64,000 nt of DNA from Nitrospinales bacterium (GTDB lineage Bacteria; Nitrospinota; Nitrospinia; Nitrospinales; VA-1). Within the stretch, counting starts at the first letter, position 1; each line of letters begins with the position of its first letter. Of the stretch, positions 1 to 11,175 are shown in pieces. Location: positions 448,001 through 512,000 of the forward strand of contig CBDCWG010000012.1 in NCBI GenBank assembly GCA_965223345.1, given 5' to 3'. The position numbers and the translations under genes were made by a program. Under the pieces are notes generated by a model that saw only the letters and a program-made list of their open reading frames with translations, was not told where the DNA came from and did no database searches.

Positions 1-707
1 GTTTCGTCCACCTGCCGCCCGGCGAGTTCGCCGTAAAACTCGATCACGGGTTCGGCCTGCGCGATGAGACGCTCGATGGATTGAAAATCGAGGTCGCGTT
101 TCTGGTTGTTCTTGTAGTACTCCGCGTGCTCCAGCCAGATGTCCACGTCGGCGGGGGGGTTTCCCAGTTTCACCAGCTCGTCCTTGGCGGCGTCGCGGCC
201 GACTTCGGTCACTTTCCGGGAAACGAAGCGCGCCACGTTGTCCATGGGCAGGCCTTTGGCGGTGCGGCACAGGTGCTGGATCGCAAACACCATTTTGTTG
301 AGGTGGCTGTCGAGCTGCATGCCGGTGTCGGAATGGGAACGCACCGCGGCGGACCGTTCGAACGCGTGCCACATCCCGCCGGCTTTCTGCACGGCGGTCC
401 TTTTTTCATCGAGAGCCTGCATCCGCTCGAGACAGGACTCGGCGCCCTCCACCTTGCCGGTGATGCGGGCGGTGTCCACGGCGGTGAGACGCTCCTTCAG
501 AGCGGGATCGATCGGGATGACGGGTTTTTCCTCTTCTTTTCCCTCGAGGTCGTCCTTGGTCTTTTTCACGGTTTCGGTGCGGACCCAGGTGTGCTCGCGC
601 GGCGGCAGACGCACCGCGGGCTCCTCGGTGACTTCCTGGGTGCAGGCCCCCAGGGCGCCGGAAACCAGCACCGCACATCCCAACACAACGGCTTTACGCT
701 TCAACAT
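1..707 (-). CDS. Predicted lipoprotein of unknown function (runs off left edge)
   Basis: Manual translation from ATG at 707: MLKRKAVVLGCAVLVSGALGA-C-TQEVTEE (lipobox LGAC). GAGGA RBS upstream. Frame open to position 1. Not in the ORF track because it is truncated. Confidence 0.8.
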   Translation of the reverse strand, partial: MLKRKAVVLGCAVLVSGALGACTQEVTEEPAVRLPPREHTWVRTETVKKTKDDLEGKEEEKPVIPIDPALKERLTAVDTARITGKVEGAESCLERMQALDEKRTAVQKAGGMWHAFERSAAVRSHSDTGMQLDSHLNKMVFAIQHLCRTAKGLPMDNVARFVSRKVTEVGRDAAKDELVKLGNPPADVDIWLEHAEYYKNNQKRDLDFQSIERLIAQAEPVIEFYGELAGRQVDE

Positions 708-963
708 GCTTGTCCTCAATGGCATTCGGTAATAGGGTGTCCTTTCTTTATACACCAAACCCGGCTTTTGTGCAGTGACCGGGGCGGCATTTTCCCATCG
801 ATTCCGCACTCCCAACCCCAGAGCGACGCTAACCCGCTATTTTTATTAAGGTTATTTCAGTTCCAGGCGGAATGCGCGGCGGCCGGATTGCGGGATGAAT
901 TATTGCTTTAGTAAAGCGGTTGAATTGTCGATAGTAACGAAAACACTGTGTGCCGCCAACCCC

Positions 964-1521
964 ATGCTGACTCGAAAAATCCTGCCAACTCTCCTCCTGA
1001 TCGTCGCCCTCACCGCCTGTGAAGTGAAATTGGGCCCCTCGGACATCTGGTCCAAGTGGTTCAAAACGCAGACCGACTCTTCCTATTACCAGGAGAAGGC
1101 GGAGGATCTGGTCAAGGGCCTCTCACAGGACAGCCTGGAATACGAAATCAACAAGGTGGCGGTGATCGACCTGGTCAACGACAAGGGCAAATCGCCGGTT
1201 CTGGGCGATTACCTGTCCTCGCGGGTCATCGAAGCGATCGCGCGCAAGCGGGTGTTCCGGGTGGCGCAAAAGGGTGAGGTGCGGGACGTGCTCGCGCAGC
1301 TCAACCTGCCCTCCTCGTTTGCCTACACGCGCGGCGAACTGAAACGGCTGGGCACGGCGCTCAATTCCCAGGCCATCGTGACGGGCAAGTTCACCGACCT
1401 CGGCACCAACCTCGATGTGCACCTCACGTTGATCGACGTGGTCAGCGGCGAGGTGATCGCCTCTTCCACGGAACCGCTCACGCGCACGAAGTTCGCGGTC
1501 GAAATGCTGCGCCACTACTGA
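964..1521 (+). CDS. FlgO/CsgG-like outer-membrane lipoprotein
   Basis: MLTRKILPTLLLIVALTA-C lipobox; KVAVIDL...LG..L...AIVTG...LIDVVSGEVIAS pattern of the FlgO/CsgG family. Confidence 0.7.
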   Translation: MLTRKILPTLLLIVALTACEVKLGPSDIWSKWFKTQTDSSYYQEKAEDLVKGLSQDSLEYEINKVAVIDLVNDKGKSPVLGDYLSSRVIEAIARKRVFRVAQKGEVRDVLAQLNLPSSFAYTRGELKRLGTALNSQAIVTGKFTDLGTNLDVHLTLIDVVSGEVIASSTEPLTRTKFAVEMLRHY

Positions 1522-1714
1522 CCCCGGCTCCCGCCGGAGGGGACAGGTCCAACCTGCTTATCGCTGATAATCCTAATTAGGCACACTACCGGAGTCTTTT
1601 GCCCCAGTAAGCAGAACCACTCCCCTAACCCTGGCTCCCGCCGGGCAGCAAACCCTTCCTGACTCTTTCAAGATAATCTTATATGAGTGACACCAGCCTG
1701 CGGGCAGGGGCGCG

Positions 1715-3679
1715 CTATCTCTCTTCTTCGGCTAGCGCATTGTTGTAGCGGGACAGGGCCATGAGGGGGAAGTAGTGCTGGTACATGTGGTATTTGATGA
1801 AGAAATGCACGGGAAAACCGGTGCCGGTGAATTGATCCTCGTACCAGCTGCCCTGCTCGTTCTGCCGTTCGAGTAAATAGCGCGCCCCGCCGAAGGCGGA
1901 GGGATGCCGGGCTTTGCCCGCCGCCACCAGCCCCAGCAGCGCCCAGGCGGTCTGGGAAGCGGTGCTCTCGCCCTGACCGCGCAATGTGGGATCGGCGTAA
2001 CTTTCGCAGGTCTCGCCCCAGCCGCCGTCTTCGTTCTGGTGCGCTTCCAGCCAGGCCACGGCTTTGCCGATGCGGGGCGAGTCCATGTTCTCGCCCATCG
2101 ACCTGAGGCCGTTCAGGGCGAGAAAGGTGCCGTAGATGTAGTTGACGCCCCAGCGTCCCCACCAGCAGCCGTCGGGCTCCTGGCGGTCGAGGACGAAGCC
2201 CAGCGCCTTTTTGACTTTCGGGTGCTCGCGGTCGAAACCCAGGCGGCCCAGACACCAGAGGATGCGGCTGGAAACATCGATGGTGGGTTGATCGAGCAGC
2301 GCCTTGTGATCGGCGAACGGCACTTCGTTGAACACTTCCTTGTCGTTGTCGATGTCGAACGCACCCCAGCCGCCGTTTTTGCTCTGCATGCTGAGCAGCC
2401 AGCTCAGCGCCCGCTGGCTTTCCTTGAGCTTGAAGCGGATGTCGGGCAGTTCCAGCCGGTCTAGAGCGATGAGGATTTCCGCGGTGTCGTCGGTGTCCGG
2501 GTAGCCTTCGTTGTAAAACTCGAACGCCCAGCCGCCCGGCTCGGCGTGCGGGTTTTTCACTTTCCAGTCGCCCGGCTTGACGATCTGCTTGGTCAGTATC
2601 CACTCGCCCGCCCGCACCAGATCTGGGTGATCGGCCGGCATGCCGGAATCGAGCAGCGCGTTCAGTGTGATGGCGGTGTCCCACAGCGGCGAAACGCAGG
2701 CCTGAAAGTTGAGGCATTCGCCTTCGTCGATGACGAACCGTTCGATCGCTTCCATGCCTTTGACGCAGGCGGGATGGTCCTTGGGGTAGCCGAGATAGTG
2801 CAGCGCCAGCATTGAATTGAGCATGGCGGGCTGGATGCCGGCAAAATCGCCCTCGTCTTCCTGATGTTCGCAGATCCAGCGTTCGGCTTTTTTGAGCGCA
2901 AGCCGGCGGAACGGTTTGACGGGAGATTTTCCCAGCCATTTGATGAAGCCGTCGAGGTGGATGAAAAAATTTTTCCACGAGCTGAACAGGCCGCCGTCCG
3001 GGTGGAAAGCGAGATCGACATCGCTCTCGCGGAACAACTCCTGGATGTCCTTGCCTTCAGGCAGCCGGTGCACCGGCTTGTGCGCGAGCACCACGGACAA
3101 GGGCACCACGGTTCCGCGCGACCAGCTGGATATCTCGTAGATGTTGACGCCGATCCAGTTGGGAAACAGCACGAACTCCACCGGCACCGCCGGCGGCACG
3201 TCCCAGGGGATCTGCCCGAACATCGCGAGAAAGATCTTGGTGAACACGCGGGTCTTCTTGATGCCGCCGTTCGCCCACACCGCCTCGCGCGCTTTCACCA
3301 TCGCGGGATGATCGGCGGGGTAGCCCGCGATTTTGAGCGCCAGGTAACTTTCCACGGTGGAATTGATGTCGCAGGGGCCGCCGAAATACAGCGGCCAGCT
3401 GCCGTCCTCGCGCTGTTTCTTGAGCAGGTAGCGGGCGTATTTCTCCTGCTTGTCGAGGTCAACGCGGTCGGTGAAGTGCATGAAAAAGATCAGCTCCGCC
3501 GTGATGGTGGCGTTGGATTCGAGTTCGTCCACCCAATACCCCGTCTCGGTCTGGCGCGACAACAGAAACCGCCGCGATTTCTCGATGCCCTCCTGCAGCA
3601 GGCTGCGAAAGTGGGTGTCTTTGGGGGTTTCGGGCCCGGCTTCGGCGCTTTGGGTCTCGGGGGAGGTGAGCTCGTTCAT
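1715..3679 (-). CDS. shc: Squalene-hopene cyclase
   Basis: Catalytic DTDDTA motif, multiple QW repeats (QREDGSW, QNEDGGWGE, QNEQGSW), WWGRWGVNYIYGT, FTGTGFP. Confidence 0.97.
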   Translation of the reverse strand: MNELTSPETQSAEAGPETPKDTHFRSLLQEGIEKSRRFLLSRQTETGYWVDELESNATITAELIFFMHFTDRVDLDKQEKYARYLLKKQREDGSWPLYFGGPCDINSTVESYLALKIAGYPADHPAMVKAREAVWANGGIKKTRVFTKIFLAMFGQIPWDVPPAVPVEFVLFPNWIGVNIYEISSWSRGTVVPLSVVLAHKPVHRLPEGKDIQELFRESDVDLAFHPDGGLFSSWKNFFIHLDGFIKWLGKSPVKPFRRLALKKAERWICEHQEDEGDFAGIQPAMLNSMLALHYLGYPKDHPACVKGMEAIERFVIDEGECLNFQACVSPLWDTAITLNALLDSGMPADHPDLVRAGEWILTKQIVKPGDWKVKNPHAEPGGWAFEFYNEGYPDTDDTAEILIALDRLELPDIRFKLKESQRALSWLLSMQSKNGGWGAFDIDNDKEVFNEVPFADHKALLDQPTIDVSSRILWCLGRLGFDREHPKVKKALGFVLDRQEPDGCWWGRWGVNYIYGTFLALNGLRSMGENMDSPRIGKAVAWLEAHQNEDGGWGETCESYADPTLRGQGESTASQTAWALLGLVAAGKARHPSAFGGARYLLERQNEQGSWYEDQFTGTGFPVHFFIKYHMYQHYFPLMALSRYNNALAEEER

Positions 3680-3790
3680 GAAGGCCTTTTCGGTTCGGTT
3701 TGCACAACCGATAAAATATAGCATTTCTCAGGCAAAAGCACACCCCCGCCTCCGCTCGATGCGGACAATATCGGCGGTGCTATTAATTGA

Positions 3791-3819
3791 TTGACAAAAA
3801 GGGCCGCTTTACCTAGTAT
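3791..3819 (+). promoter_or_regulatory. Sigma70 promoter of rplM-rpsI
   Basis: TTGACA-17 nt-TAGTAT. Confidence 0.75.
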
Positions 3820-3872
3820 TGAGGGTTTACGAAACCCGAAGCAACGATCCTGAAAAGAAAGCTCCTTCCGAC

Positions 3873-4301
3873 ATGAAAACGTATTCGGCGAAAAAAAGCA
3901 CCGTTGAAAAGAAATGGGTGCTCATCGACGCGGCGGATCAGTCCCTGGGCCGGGTGGCCAGCAAGGCGGCCTCGATCATCCGGGGCAAAACCAAGCCCAT
4001 CTTCACCCCGCATGTGGACACCGGCGACAACGTCATCATCATCAACGCGTCCAAAGTCCGCCTGAGCGGCAAAAAATGGGACCAGAAGGTCTACTACCAT
4101 CACAGCGGCTATCCCGGCGGCATCAAATCGACCACCGCCAAGGAGATGCGCGAAAAACGACCGTCCAACCTGCTGAAAAAGGCCATCACCGGCATGCTGC
4201 CGAAAAACCGGCTGGGGCGCTCGCTGCACGCGAACTTCAGGATTTATGACACCGACGCCCACCCGCACGAGGGGCAGAAACCCGAGACGGTCACGGTGTG
4301 A
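3873..4301 (+). CDS. rplM: 50S ribosomal protein L13
   Basis: KKWVLIDA..LGRVAS, FTPHVDTGDNVIIINA, GMLPKNRLGR. Confidence 0.98.
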   Translation: MKTYSAKKSTVEKKWVLIDAADQSLGRVASKAASIIRGKTKPIFTPHVDTGDNVIIINASKVRLSGKKWDQKVYYHHSGYPGGIKSTTAKEMREKRPSNLLKKAITGMLPKNRLGRSLHANFRIYDTDAHPHEGQKPETVTV

Positions 4302-4356
4302 ACGTCGAGCGTCATCGAACGAACATTTCACTTACTGAACGATAAGGAGCGGATTC

Positions 4357-4755
4357 ATGGAGGTTGTGGTCGAAAAGTTTTACGCCACGGGAAAGCGGAA
4401 AGAATCGATCGCCAAAGTCTGGCTGGAGCCGGGCGATGGCAAAATCACGGTCAACAAACGGGACATCCACGATTATTTCAAGCGTGAAAGCCTGGAGTGC
4501 ACCGTGAAGCAGCCGCTGGTCCTCACCGACAGCCTCGAAACCCTCGACGTGATCGCCACCGTGCGCGGCGGCGGGCTCACCGGCCAGTCCGGCGCGCTCC
4601 GGCTCGGCATCGCCCGGGCGCTGATCGAAAGCAACGCGGATCTCCGTTCCAAACTCAAGGCCGCCGGCTTTCTGACCCGCGATTCCCGCGAAGTGGAACG
4701 CAAAAAATACGGCCAGCCCGGCGCCCGTAAAAAGTTTCAGTTCTCCAAGCGTTGA
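4357..4755 (+). CDS. rpsI: 30S ribosomal protein S9
   Basis: [35 protein letters not shown]. Confidence 0.98.
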   Translation: MEVVVEKFYATGKRKESIAKVWLEPGDGKITVNKRDIHDYFKRESLECTVKQPLVLTDSLETLDVIATVRGGGLTGQSGALRLGIARALIESNADLRSKLKAAGFLTRDSREVERKKYGQPGARKKFQFSKR

Positions 4756-4845
4756 TCGTTTTTTCTTCTTTAAAATCCTCGACGCCGGGAGATCTTCCGG
4801 TGGTTGAGGATCTTCCCGCGCGTTTTTTCCTTTAATTCAATCGTT

Positions 4846-5883
4846 ATGAAAAAAGTCGGCATCGCAGGCGCAAGCGGCTACACGGGCCTGGAGCTTGTGC
4901 GGCTGCTGCTCAAGCACCCGGGAGTGGAGCTTCGCGTTTTGACTTCGGAGACCCACCAGGGCAAACGCATGAGCGAGGTGTTCCCCGCCTTCGGCAACCA
5001 GACGGCGCTGTCGTTCGTGCCGTTGAGTCTGGAGGCGGTGCGGGGGCTCGACATCCTGTTTCTCGCCCTGCCCCACACCACGGCGATCGACCGGGTGCCG
5101 GAGTTTCTCGGTGCGGGTCTCAAGGTGATCGATCTCAGCGCCGATTACCGCATCGCTTCGGCGGCGGTGTTTTCCGAATGGTACCAGGTGGCGCACAATC
5201 AGACGGAGACGCTGAAACGCGCGGTCTACGGCCTGCCGGAGCTGCACAAGGAGCGCATCCGCGAAGCACAGCTTGTGGCCAATCCGGGTTGCTACCCCAC
5301 CGGCGTCATCCTGGCGCTGGCGCCGTTGATGACATCGGGCTGGGTGGATCTCGGCTCGCTCGTCGCCGACTGCAAGTCCGGCGTTTCGGGTGCCGGCCGC
5401 AAACCCTCGCTCACCACGCAGTTCGCCGAATGCAACGAAGCGGTGGCGGCCTACGGGCTCACGACGCACCGGCACACCCCGGAGATCGAGCAGGAGTTGT
5501 CCGGGCTTGCGGACAGCGCGGTGCGGATCACGTTTTCCCCGCACCTGATGCCGATGACGCGCGGGCTGTTGAGCACGGTCTACGCCAAAACGACGCAGAC
5601 ATTGACGTTCGCCGAACTGGCGGGCGTCTATCAGAAATTCTACAAGGATGCGCCGTTCGTGCGGCTGCTGCCGGAAGGCAGCTTCGCCAACACGCATCAC
5701 GTCGGCGGGTCGAATTACTGCGACCTCGGCCTGGCGATCGATGCGCGCACCGGCCGCATCGTCGTCACCAGCGCCATCGACAATCTGGTGAAAGGCGCCG
5801 CCGGACAGGCGGTGCAGAACATGAACCTGATGCTGGGCCTGGAAGAAACCACGGCCCTGGATTTTCCCGGCCGGTTTCCATGA
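4846..5883 (+). CDS. argC: N-acetyl-gamma-glutamyl-phosphate reductase
   Basis: GASGYTG, NPGCYPT, SGVSGAGR, DNLVKGAAGQAVQNMN. Confidence 0.97.
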   Translation: MKKVGIAGASGYTGLELVRLLLKHPGVELRVLTSETHQGKRMSEVFPAFGNQTALSFVPLSLEAVRGLDILFLALPHTTAIDRVPEFLGAGLKVIDLSADYRIASAAVFSEWYQVAHNQTETLKRAVYGLPELHKERIREAQLVANPGCYPTGVILALAPLMTSGWVDLGSLVADCKSGVSGAGRKPSLTTQFAECNEAVAAYGLTTHRHTPEIEQELSGLADSAVRITFSPHLMPMTRGLLSTVYAKTTQTLTFAELAGVYQKFYKDAPFVRLLPEGSFANTHHVGGSNYCDLGLAIDARTGRIVVTSAIDNLVKGAAGQAVQNMNLMLGLEETTALDFPGRFP

Positions 5884-7103
5884 ACCTGAAACAGGACGCT
5901 TCCACAACGCGCATGCCGCAGGTGCCGGGCTTTCGGGCCGCGGGAGTGCACTGCGGCATCAAACCGACAACGGACAAGGACCTGGCGCTCATCGTGTCGG
6001 ACACGCCCGCCACGGCGGCCGGGGTGTTCACGCGCAACCGGGTGGTCTCGCCCAGCGTGGTGTGGAGCCAGCGGGCGCTGAAAAAAAAGGGACCGATCCG
6101 CGCGGTGCTCGTCAACAGCGGCAACGCCAACGCCTGTGTCGGCGCGCAGGGGATGAAACACTGTACGGCCCTCGCCAAAATCACCGCCGGGGAACTGGGC
6201 ACGGCCACGCATGAAGTGCTGATCGCCTCCACCGGCGTGATCGGCGTACCGCTGCCGATCGAGGTGGTTTCGCGCGGCATCCCCACGGTCACGCAGTCGC
6301 TGTCCGACAAGGCGCAGGCCTGGAAAGACGCCGCCGATGCGATCCTGACTACCGACCTGGTCGCCAAAACCGCCGTCCTCGATTTCAACATCCACAAGCG
6401 CAACATCGTGATCGGCGGGATCGGCAAAGGTTCGGGCATGATCCATCCGGACATGGCGACGATGCTGGCGTTCGTGCAGACCAACGCGGCCGTCGCACCG
6501 GAAGCACTGCGGGCAGCACTGCTCACAGCCAACGCGGCATCGTTCAACAGCATCACGGTCGATGGCGACACCTCGACCAACGACTGCGCGTTCGTGCTCG
6601 CCAACGGCGAAGCGGGCAACAAACCCATCGCCCCCGATTCCAAGGAATACGCGTTGTTCGTGGAGGCGTTGACGCAGGTGTGCCGCAGCCTGGCGGTGCA
6701 GATCGTGCGCGACGGCGAAGGCGCCACCAAATTTGTGACCGTGCAGGTGCTGGGCGCCCGCTCGCAAAAGCACGCCACCGAGGTCGCGAAAACCGTGGCG
6801 TCGTCGTCGCTGGTGAAAACCGCGCTGTTCGGAGAAGACCCCAACTGGGGGCGCATCCTGGCGGCGGTCGGCTACGCGGGCGTCCCGGTGCATCCGGAAC
6901 GGCTCACCATCTCCTTGAACGGCGCGCTGCTGTACAAAAACGGCACCCCCGCGCAAGGCTCGCCGGAGACGCTGCGCAACAAAATGCAGAGCAAATCCAT
7001 CCTGATCGCCATCGATCTGAAAAACGGCGACGCACAGGCCGAGGTGTACACCTGCGACCTGTCGCACGACTACATCCGCATCAACGCCGAATACACCACC
7101 TGA
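5880..7103 (+). CDS. argJ: Ornithine acetyltransferase / N-acetylglutamate synthase
   Basis: NSGNANAC, KGSGMIHPDMATML, DGDTSTND, DGEGATK, YIRINAEYTT; ATGA overlap with argC stop. Confidence 0.96.
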   Translation: MNLKQDASTTRMPQVPGFRAAGVHCGIKPTTDKDLALIVSDTPATAAGVFTRNRVVSPSVVWSQRALKKKGPIRAVLVNSGNANACVGAQGMKHCTALAKITAGELGTATHEVLIASTGVIGVPLPIEVVSRGIPTVTQSLSDKAQAWKDAADAILTTDLVAKTAVLDFNIHKRNIVIGGIGKGSGMIHPDMATMLAFVQTNAAVAPEALRAALLTANAASFNSITVDGDTSTNDCAFVLANGEAGNKPIAPDSKEYALFVEALTQVCRSLAVQIVRDGEGATKFVTVQVLGARSQKHATEVAKTVASSSLVKTALFGEDPNWGRILAAVGYAGVPVHPERLTISLNGALLYKNGTPAQGSPETLRNKMQSKSILIAIDLKNGDAQAEVYTCDLSHDYIRINAEYTT

Positions 7104-7331
7104 CCGGGTCCTGCCGCACGAAGCGCTCTGCGCGATGGACTCCAACCCGAAAAAAAGGCTATAATTCAACCGGTTGCGCTACCGCCTCCGCGGCTGCGCG
7201 GGATTTCCCGCAGCCGGCGGCGGTATTTGCCATGACAAATTTTCGCCGATGGTTTAAACTTTTCAGATAGCCTTTTAATTTCAAATCCATTTGCAAATCA
7301 CCCCTTCGCATCGAAGGTGCTCCTGTAAGCC

Positions 7332-7853
7332 TTGTCTATTCTAAACATACGCAATTGTCTCGACCCGGTTCTGCGTAAAAAAAGCATGCCCGTGGAAAAC
7401 ATCGACGGCGATCTCGTGGCCCTGTCCAAGGACATGATCGAAACGACGCTCGATGCCAAGGGGGCGGGGCTGGCGGCCAACCAGATCGGCGTTCCCTACA
7501 GCCTGTTCGTGGTGGATCTGGGCATCGAGAAGGAGGAGCACGAGTTGATCACGCTGATCAACCCGGTGATCACGGCGATGGAGGGCGAGGAGACCGCAGA
7601 CGAGGGCTGCCTCAGCATCCCGGAGGTGTTCGCTGAAGTCAAGCGCGCACAAAAAGTGGAAATCAAGGGCTACGATCTCAACGGCAACGAAGTGCGCTAC
7701 GAAGCGGAGGGATACCTGGCGCGGGCGTTCCAGCACGAAATGGACCACCTGAACGGCAGCCTGTTCTGGGACAACCTGGGCAAGGCGAAACGGGACATCC
7801 TGCAGCGCAAATTCAAAAAGAAACTCAAGGAGCTGAAAGAGAAGGACGCATGA
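7332..7853 (+). CDS. def: Peptide deformylase
   Basis: GAGLAANQIG, EGCLS, QHEMDHL. Confidence 0.97.
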   Translation: MSILNIRNCLDPVLRKKSMPVENIDGDLVALSKDMIETTLDAKGAGLAANQIGVPYSLFVVDLGIEKEEHELITLINPVITAMEGEETADEGCLSIPEVFAEVKRAQKVEIKGYDLNGNEVRYEAEGYLARAFQHEMDHLNGSLFWDNLGKAKRDILQRKFKKKLKELKEKDA

Positions 7854-8806
7854 AAATCGTTTTTATGGGGACCCCCGCGTTCGCCCTTTCCACGCTGACC
7901 AAACTCGAAGCATCCGAACATGAAATCCTGAGCGTCGTGACGCAGCCGGACCGCCCGCGCGGGCGCGGCCGGGAAGTGTCGTTCTCGCCGGTGAAGGCCT
8001 TCGCCGTCGAAAAAAATCTCCCGGTGCTGCAACCGGAGAAAGCGCGCGCGCCGGAGTTCATCGAATCGATCCGCAATCTGAATCCGGAGCTGATCGTCGT
8101 GGTGGCCTACGGACAGATTCTCAAACAGGCGCTTCTCGATATTCCCAAACGGTTCTGCATGAACCTGCATTCCTCGCTGCTGCCGAAGTACCGCGGCGCC
8201 GCGCCGATCAACTGGGCGATCATCAACGGCGATGCGGAGACCGGCGTGACGACGATGGAGATGGATGTGGGCATGGACACGGGCGACATGCTGCTCACGC
8301 ACAAAATTCCCATCCGCGATTCGGACACCGCCGCCACACTGCACGATGCGCTGGCGGAAGCGGGCGGGGACCTGGTGCTGGAGACGATCGCCCGGCTCGA
8401 GGCGGGAACCCTCACGCCCATCCCGCAGGATCACGAACAGGCGACGCTGGCGCCCAAGCTGAAAAAGGAAGACGGGCTCATCGACTGGGAAAAGGATGCG
8501 CGGACGCTGCGCAACCTGGTGCGCGGGCTGGATCCCTGGCCGGGAGCCTACACGTTTTTCGATACCCACCGGCTGCGCATCTGCGCGGTCGAGACCACCG
8601 CGGGCGATGGGGGGGACACCCCTGGAGAGATCGTCCGCATCACAGACCACGGAATCGAAGTGGGAACGGGGGGAGGCCGGCTGGTGATCACCGAGTTGCA
8701 GCCGGAAGGCAAAAAAAGGATGCCCGTTAAAAGTTATCTCGCGGGAAACCGCATGGAAAAAGGGAACCGGTTTCTTTCCCAACCGAAGGCGGCCCCCACC
8801 GTTTAA
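7850..8806 (+). CDS. fmt: Methionyl-tRNA formyltransferase
   Basis: MKIVFMGTPAFA, NLHSSLLPKYRGAAPI, GMDTGD. Confidence 0.97.
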   Translation: MKIVFMGTPAFALSTLTKLEASEHEILSVVTQPDRPRGRGREVSFSPVKAFAVEKNLPVLQPEKARAPEFIESIRNLNPELIVVVAYGQILKQALLDIPKRFCMNLHSSLLPKYRGAAPINWAIINGDAETGVTTMEMDVGMDTGDMLLTHKIPIRDSDTAATLHDALAEAGGDLVLETIARLEAGTLTPIPQDHEQATLAPKLKKEDGLIDWEKDARTLRNLVRGLDPWPGAYTFFDTHRLRICAVETTAGDGGDTPGEIVRITDHGIEVGTGGGRLVITELQPEGKKRMPVKSYLAGNRMEKGNRFLSQPKAAPTV

Positions 8807-8827
8807 CATTTCACACTTGAGGAATCG

Positions 8828-9763
<936 letters not shown>

Positions 9764-9782
9764 CAGCCGGGGCTTCCGTTTG

Positions 9783-10481
9783 ATGGCGGACGTCAACGAA
9801 TCCTCCATCAAGCACTGGCCGGAAGACGAACGCCCACGCGAGCGGCTGATCAAATACGGAGAGGACACGCTTTCGGACGCGCACCTGCTCGGCATCCTCA
9901 TCGGTTCCGGGGACCGCGCCGCGCGCAAAAACGCCGTCGATCTCAGCCGCGACCTGTTGCGCGTGTTCGAGAATTTCACCCACATGGATCAGGCTTCGGT
10001 CGCCGAGCTGTGCCAGGTCAAAGGCATCGGGCTCGCCAAAGCCGCGCAGATCAAGGCGGCGCTGGAAGTGGGGAAACGCATGTCCTCGCAGGCGGTGGGC
10101 GCGCGGGTGAAGATGGACACCTGCCGGGCCTTCGTCGATCACTTCTCGCCCTTCATGAAAAACCTGCGCAAGGAAATCGTCAAGCTGGTCCTGCTGAATC
10201 CGAAGCTGTTCATGATCAAGGACGTCACGATCTCGGAAGGCACGGTGAACGCAAGCATCGTGCATCCGCGCGAAGTCATGATCCCGGCGATCAAGGAATC
10301 GGCGGCCTCGATCGCCCTGGTGCACAATCATCCGAGCGGCGACCCCACGCCCAGCCAGCAGGACATCGAGATCACCCACCGGCTGCACAAGACCGGACAG
10401 ATCGTCGGCATCCGCCTGCTCGATCATGTGATCATCGGCGGCAACGACTATTACAGTTTTTCGGAACAGGGTTTGATCTGA
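9783..10481 (+). CDS. radC: RadC (JAB/MPN domain) protein
   Basis: ERPRERL, VHPREV, HNHPSGDPTPSQQD, LLDHVIIG. Confidence 0.95.
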   Translation: MADVNESSIKHWPEDERPRERLIKYGEDTLSDAHLLGILIGSGDRAARKNAVDLSRDLLRVFENFTHMDQASVAELCQVKGIGLAKAAQIKAALEVGKRMSSQAVGARVKMDTCRAFVDHFSPFMKNLRKEIVKLVLLNPKLFMIKDVTISEGTVNASIVHPREVMIPAIKESAASIALVHNHPSGDPTPSQQDIEITHRLHKTGQIVGIRLLDHVIIGGNDYYSFSEQGLI

Positions 10482-10570
10482 GAGCCGCGCATCCGCAGTT
10501 GAGGCTTGTGGAAACCCCGCCCCTTAGGTAAACTCGGAGTGTTCGGCCCCTCGTCAGGAACGTCAATCGC

Positions 10571-11143
10571 ATGGAACGGGTTAAAAATTTTCTCAACGCC
10601 AGCGCCGACCTGAAGTATCAGGTCGCCGAGACTCTGGCGGCGGACATCCTCAAGGCCGCGCACTGGGTGCGCGACAGCCTGAACGCCGGCGGCAAGCTGC
10701 TGCTCATGGGTAACGGGGGCAGCGCCGCCGACGCGCAGCACATCGCCGCCGAGCTGGTGGGACGCTTCAAGAAGGAAAGAAAATCGATCCCCGCGATCGC
10801 GCTGACGGTGGACACCTCCACGCTGACGGCGCTCGGCAACGATTACGGGTTCGACACGATCTTTTCCCGGCAGGTGGAGGCATTGGCCCGAAAGGGCGAT
10901 GTGCTGCTGGGCTTTTCCACCAGCGGCAATTCCGAGAACGTGATCCGCGCGTTCAAGCTCGCCAACGAGATGGGCGTCACCACGATCGCACTTCTGGGCC
11001 ACCAGGGCGGGCGGGCCAAGGAGCAGGCGCAGCTGGCCATCGTGATTCCCTCCGAAGACACCGCGCGCATTCAGGAGGTGCACATCACCGTCGGCCACAT
11101 CCTCTGCGAGTTGATCGAAGAAGACATGGGATCGCCCGCGTGA
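10571..11143 (+). CDS. gmhA: D-sedoheptulose-7-phosphate isomerase
   Basis: GNGGSAADAQHIAAE, NDYG, STSGNS, RIQEVH. Confidence 0.96.
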   Translation: MERVKNFLNASADLKYQVAETLAADILKAAHWVRDSLNAGGKLLLMGNGGSAADAQHIAAELVGRFKKERKSIPAIALTVDTSTLTALGNDYGFDTIFSRQVEALARKGDVLLGFSTSGNSENVIRAFKLANEMGVTTIALLGHQGGRAKEQAQLAIVIPSEDTARIQEVHITVGHILCELIEEDMGSPA

Positions 11144-11175
11144 AATCCTCAATCTGACGCTGCGACCAATCCGCG

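Noticed and set aside
81..911. Plus-strand ORFs 81..911 and 139..732
   Set aside because: Antisense shadows of the minus-strand lipoprotein gene.
5178..5879. 641-aa ORF suggesting an N-terminally extended ArgJ
   Set aside because: The extension overlaps argC in another frame and is low-complexity Arg/Gly; ArgJ starts at ATG 5880.
9783..10481. RadC/JAB as part of a mobile or defence system
   Set aside because: Full-length chromosomal type with HhH region in a housekeeping operon; no E1/E2 or CBASS genes.
10505..10530. GAAACCCCGCCCCTTAGG resembling an IS200/IS605-family end
   Set aside because: Only a half hairpin with no tnpA/tnpB nearby; too short to support.
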